The notes under the pieces were generated by a model. That model did not search any database and had not been told where the DNA came from. It worked only from the letters and a program-made list of their open reading frames with translations. A DNA stretch of 64,000 nucleotides, counting the filler, from Lenisia limosa (lineage: Eukaryota; Protista; Breviatea): assembly GCA_001655205.1 (NCBI GenBank). It is 11 parts of 11 records of this genome, joined end to end, with 100 filler letters (N's around TTAATTAATTAA, not from the genome) between each part and the next. Parts side by side here need not be neighbours in the genome. Positions count along the whole stretch, not along the records: positions 55,180 to 62,596 come from LPNZ01006660.1; positions 62,697 to 64,000 come from LPNZ01003490.1; 9 more parts are not named here. One strand, written 5' to 3'. A program made the position numbers and the translations under genes. The first letter of the stretch is position 1, and each line of letters begins with the position of its first letter. Of this stretch, positions 62,583 through 64,000 are shown in pieces.

Positions 62583-62909
62583 CTGGGGGGGGGGGANNNN
62601 NNNNNNNNNNNNNNNNNNNNNNNNNNNNNNNNNNNNNNNNTTAATTAATTAANNNNNNNNNNNNNNNNNNNNNNNNNNNNNNNNNNNNNNNNNNNNTCAC
62701 CATCCTTTATTAGATTCTTCGATAAAATTCTCTAACTTCTACATTTAATTTGTGAGTCTGGGATAATTTTTGACCGATTTGTTATATGATTTCCTAAATA
62801 AAATCGGTCAAGACTTACCCCGGTCACTGTGAATGGCAGAAGGAATGGTTGAAGGTTCAGTAACTGGAACAACTTTCCCCTTCCTTACACCATCATCATT
62901 CCCCCTCAC

Positions 62910-63767
62910 CTTTCCGTTCGGATTTAGCATGTCCGTTGCATCGTTATTCGGATTGGAGGCCAACTCGCCCGAAGACGATACAAACACCTCGAATTCCTTG
63001 ACTGGTTTTAGAGCCACGCCACTGTCTGTAGGCATGAGATTTTTTTAAAACAAGAGAAATAATATACATTAGAAATCCAGGGAAAACAAATAAATGCACG
63101 AGGTGAGGGGAGGGAGTCAAATATTTAGAGACATTGTACACACAGGATATGCATATATAGCAATGAGAAATAAAAAACAAGGTTGTATCTGGCAGAAGCC
63201 GTCAACATCATCACGCTTATAAGAGACATTGAATACAGAATAATAATAATTCACCCAATCAACTCTGTGAACAGCTTTCTGCGTGCCTCCCCAGCATACC
63301 AAAAACACTCCATGCATATCTGATATGATATTAAAATACCCTAAACACAAAATATGATAATTTTAAAGAATAATCCTGGTCACTGTATCTTATTTTTTTA
63401 TACTTAATAGTCCCCCCCCCCCCCNNNNNNNNNNNNNNNNNNNNNNNNNNNNNNNNNNNNNNNNNNNNNNNNNNNNNNNNNNNNNNNNNNNNNNNNNNNN
63501 NNNNNNNNACTGCATGCACCACAATCTGTCGAAGCGAAAACTTCGTCGATACTGTTAGAGGTTAGAAGAAGTACATATCATTCCAATCATTCTCCTATTT
63601 TCCTTCACATAGTAAATCGATCAAGACCCCCCACAGTTAGACTCGACCATGACGCATTTCTTCCTTCGCGCAAACGCAAAAAGGTCATCGTGGCTGATTT
63701 CTCGCGGGGTGTCGGCGGTAACTCCCACTAGGTCCGCCACAACCAGAATTGACACGTCATCCGAATC
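62910..63767 (-). CDS. Ras-superfamily-like GTPase fragment, degenerate
   Basis: Exon ~63635-63767 DSDDVSILVVADLVGVTADTPREISHDDLFAFARRKKCVMVESN, then SIDEVF, follows the layout ILVGNKxDL..RxVS.EEA..FA....F.ETSAK..NVDE.F. Confidence 0.45.
63160..63300 (-). repeat. Family D/B dispersed intronic repeat, representative copy
   Basis: GTATGCTGGGGAGGCACGCAGAAAGCTG..CAGAGTTGATTGGGTGAA..TTCAAT(A/G)TCTCTTATAAGCGTGATG..GACGGCTTC(G/T)GCCAGATACAACCTTG..TTTCTCATTGC. Copies at 1460-1607 and 4592-4743; partial copies at 758-788, 11110-11170, 14535-14600, 20512-20585, 22083-22130, 52010-52100, 55535-55562 and 56298-56318. Confidence 0.8.
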
Positions 63768-64000
63768 CTAGAATTGTTTTAGGATTTGTTTTAAGGATTT
63801 TAATAAGATTGTTTTTGAGAAATATTGGGGAGTGTGTAGAAATAACATATCATAGAGATGACACAAAACAAGGTGTTGAGAATAATGTAATACAACCTGC
63901 TAACACAAAACCAATCAATACCCTTCGCTCAATCCAAAACACATTCACACATTATATAATCTGTACCCCACATACCCATTCACTCAACCCCCCCCCCCCC

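Noticed and set aside
1-64000. Autonomous transposase, reverse transcriptase or integrase driving the repeats
   Set aside because: No DDE, RT (YxDD), tyrosine recombinase or HUH motifs were recognised in any readable frame. One could be hidden in N runs or elsewhere in the genome.
1-64000. Non-canonical (euglenid/diplonemid-type) introns or a host alternative genetic code
   Set aside because: All boundaries I could resolve in conserved genes are GT-AG. TGA ends ALDH and ZFPL1, and no in-frame TAA/TAG interrupts the resolved conserved exons.

Overview
Intron-rich eukaryotic (protist-like) draft-genome DNA, not prokaryotic. The window is eleven unrelated contigs joined by ten artificial 100-nt linkers (N44-TTAATTAATTAA-N44), with many internal N gaps, often next to G/C homopolymers. 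Hand-spliced genes use GT-AG introns and the standard code. They are a long coiled-coil protein, an ABCA transporter, VPS13, an alpha/beta hydrolase with an intronic tRNA-Leu(AAG), a TPRA1-like 7TM receptor apparently fused to a dead TKL kinase, ZFPL1, Piezo, RNase H2 subunit A, an aldehyde dehydrogenase, a multi-CH-domain protein and several unknowns. An amoebozoan affinity is a weak inference from gene content. The most notable signal is in the introns. A dispersed ~110-150 bp repeat (family C, with related D/B and E modules) lies sense to the host gene and ends at the 3' splice-site AG in many unrelated genes. Many introns open with GT plus a G-tract and close with a C-tract plus AG, so their ends could pair. 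This looks like an aged introner (intron-generating element) system whose inverted termini became the splice signals. It is overlaid by dense hAT-like (8-bp TSD) and Tc1/mariner-like (TA) MITEs. Gene models are by eye and many coordinates are approximate.
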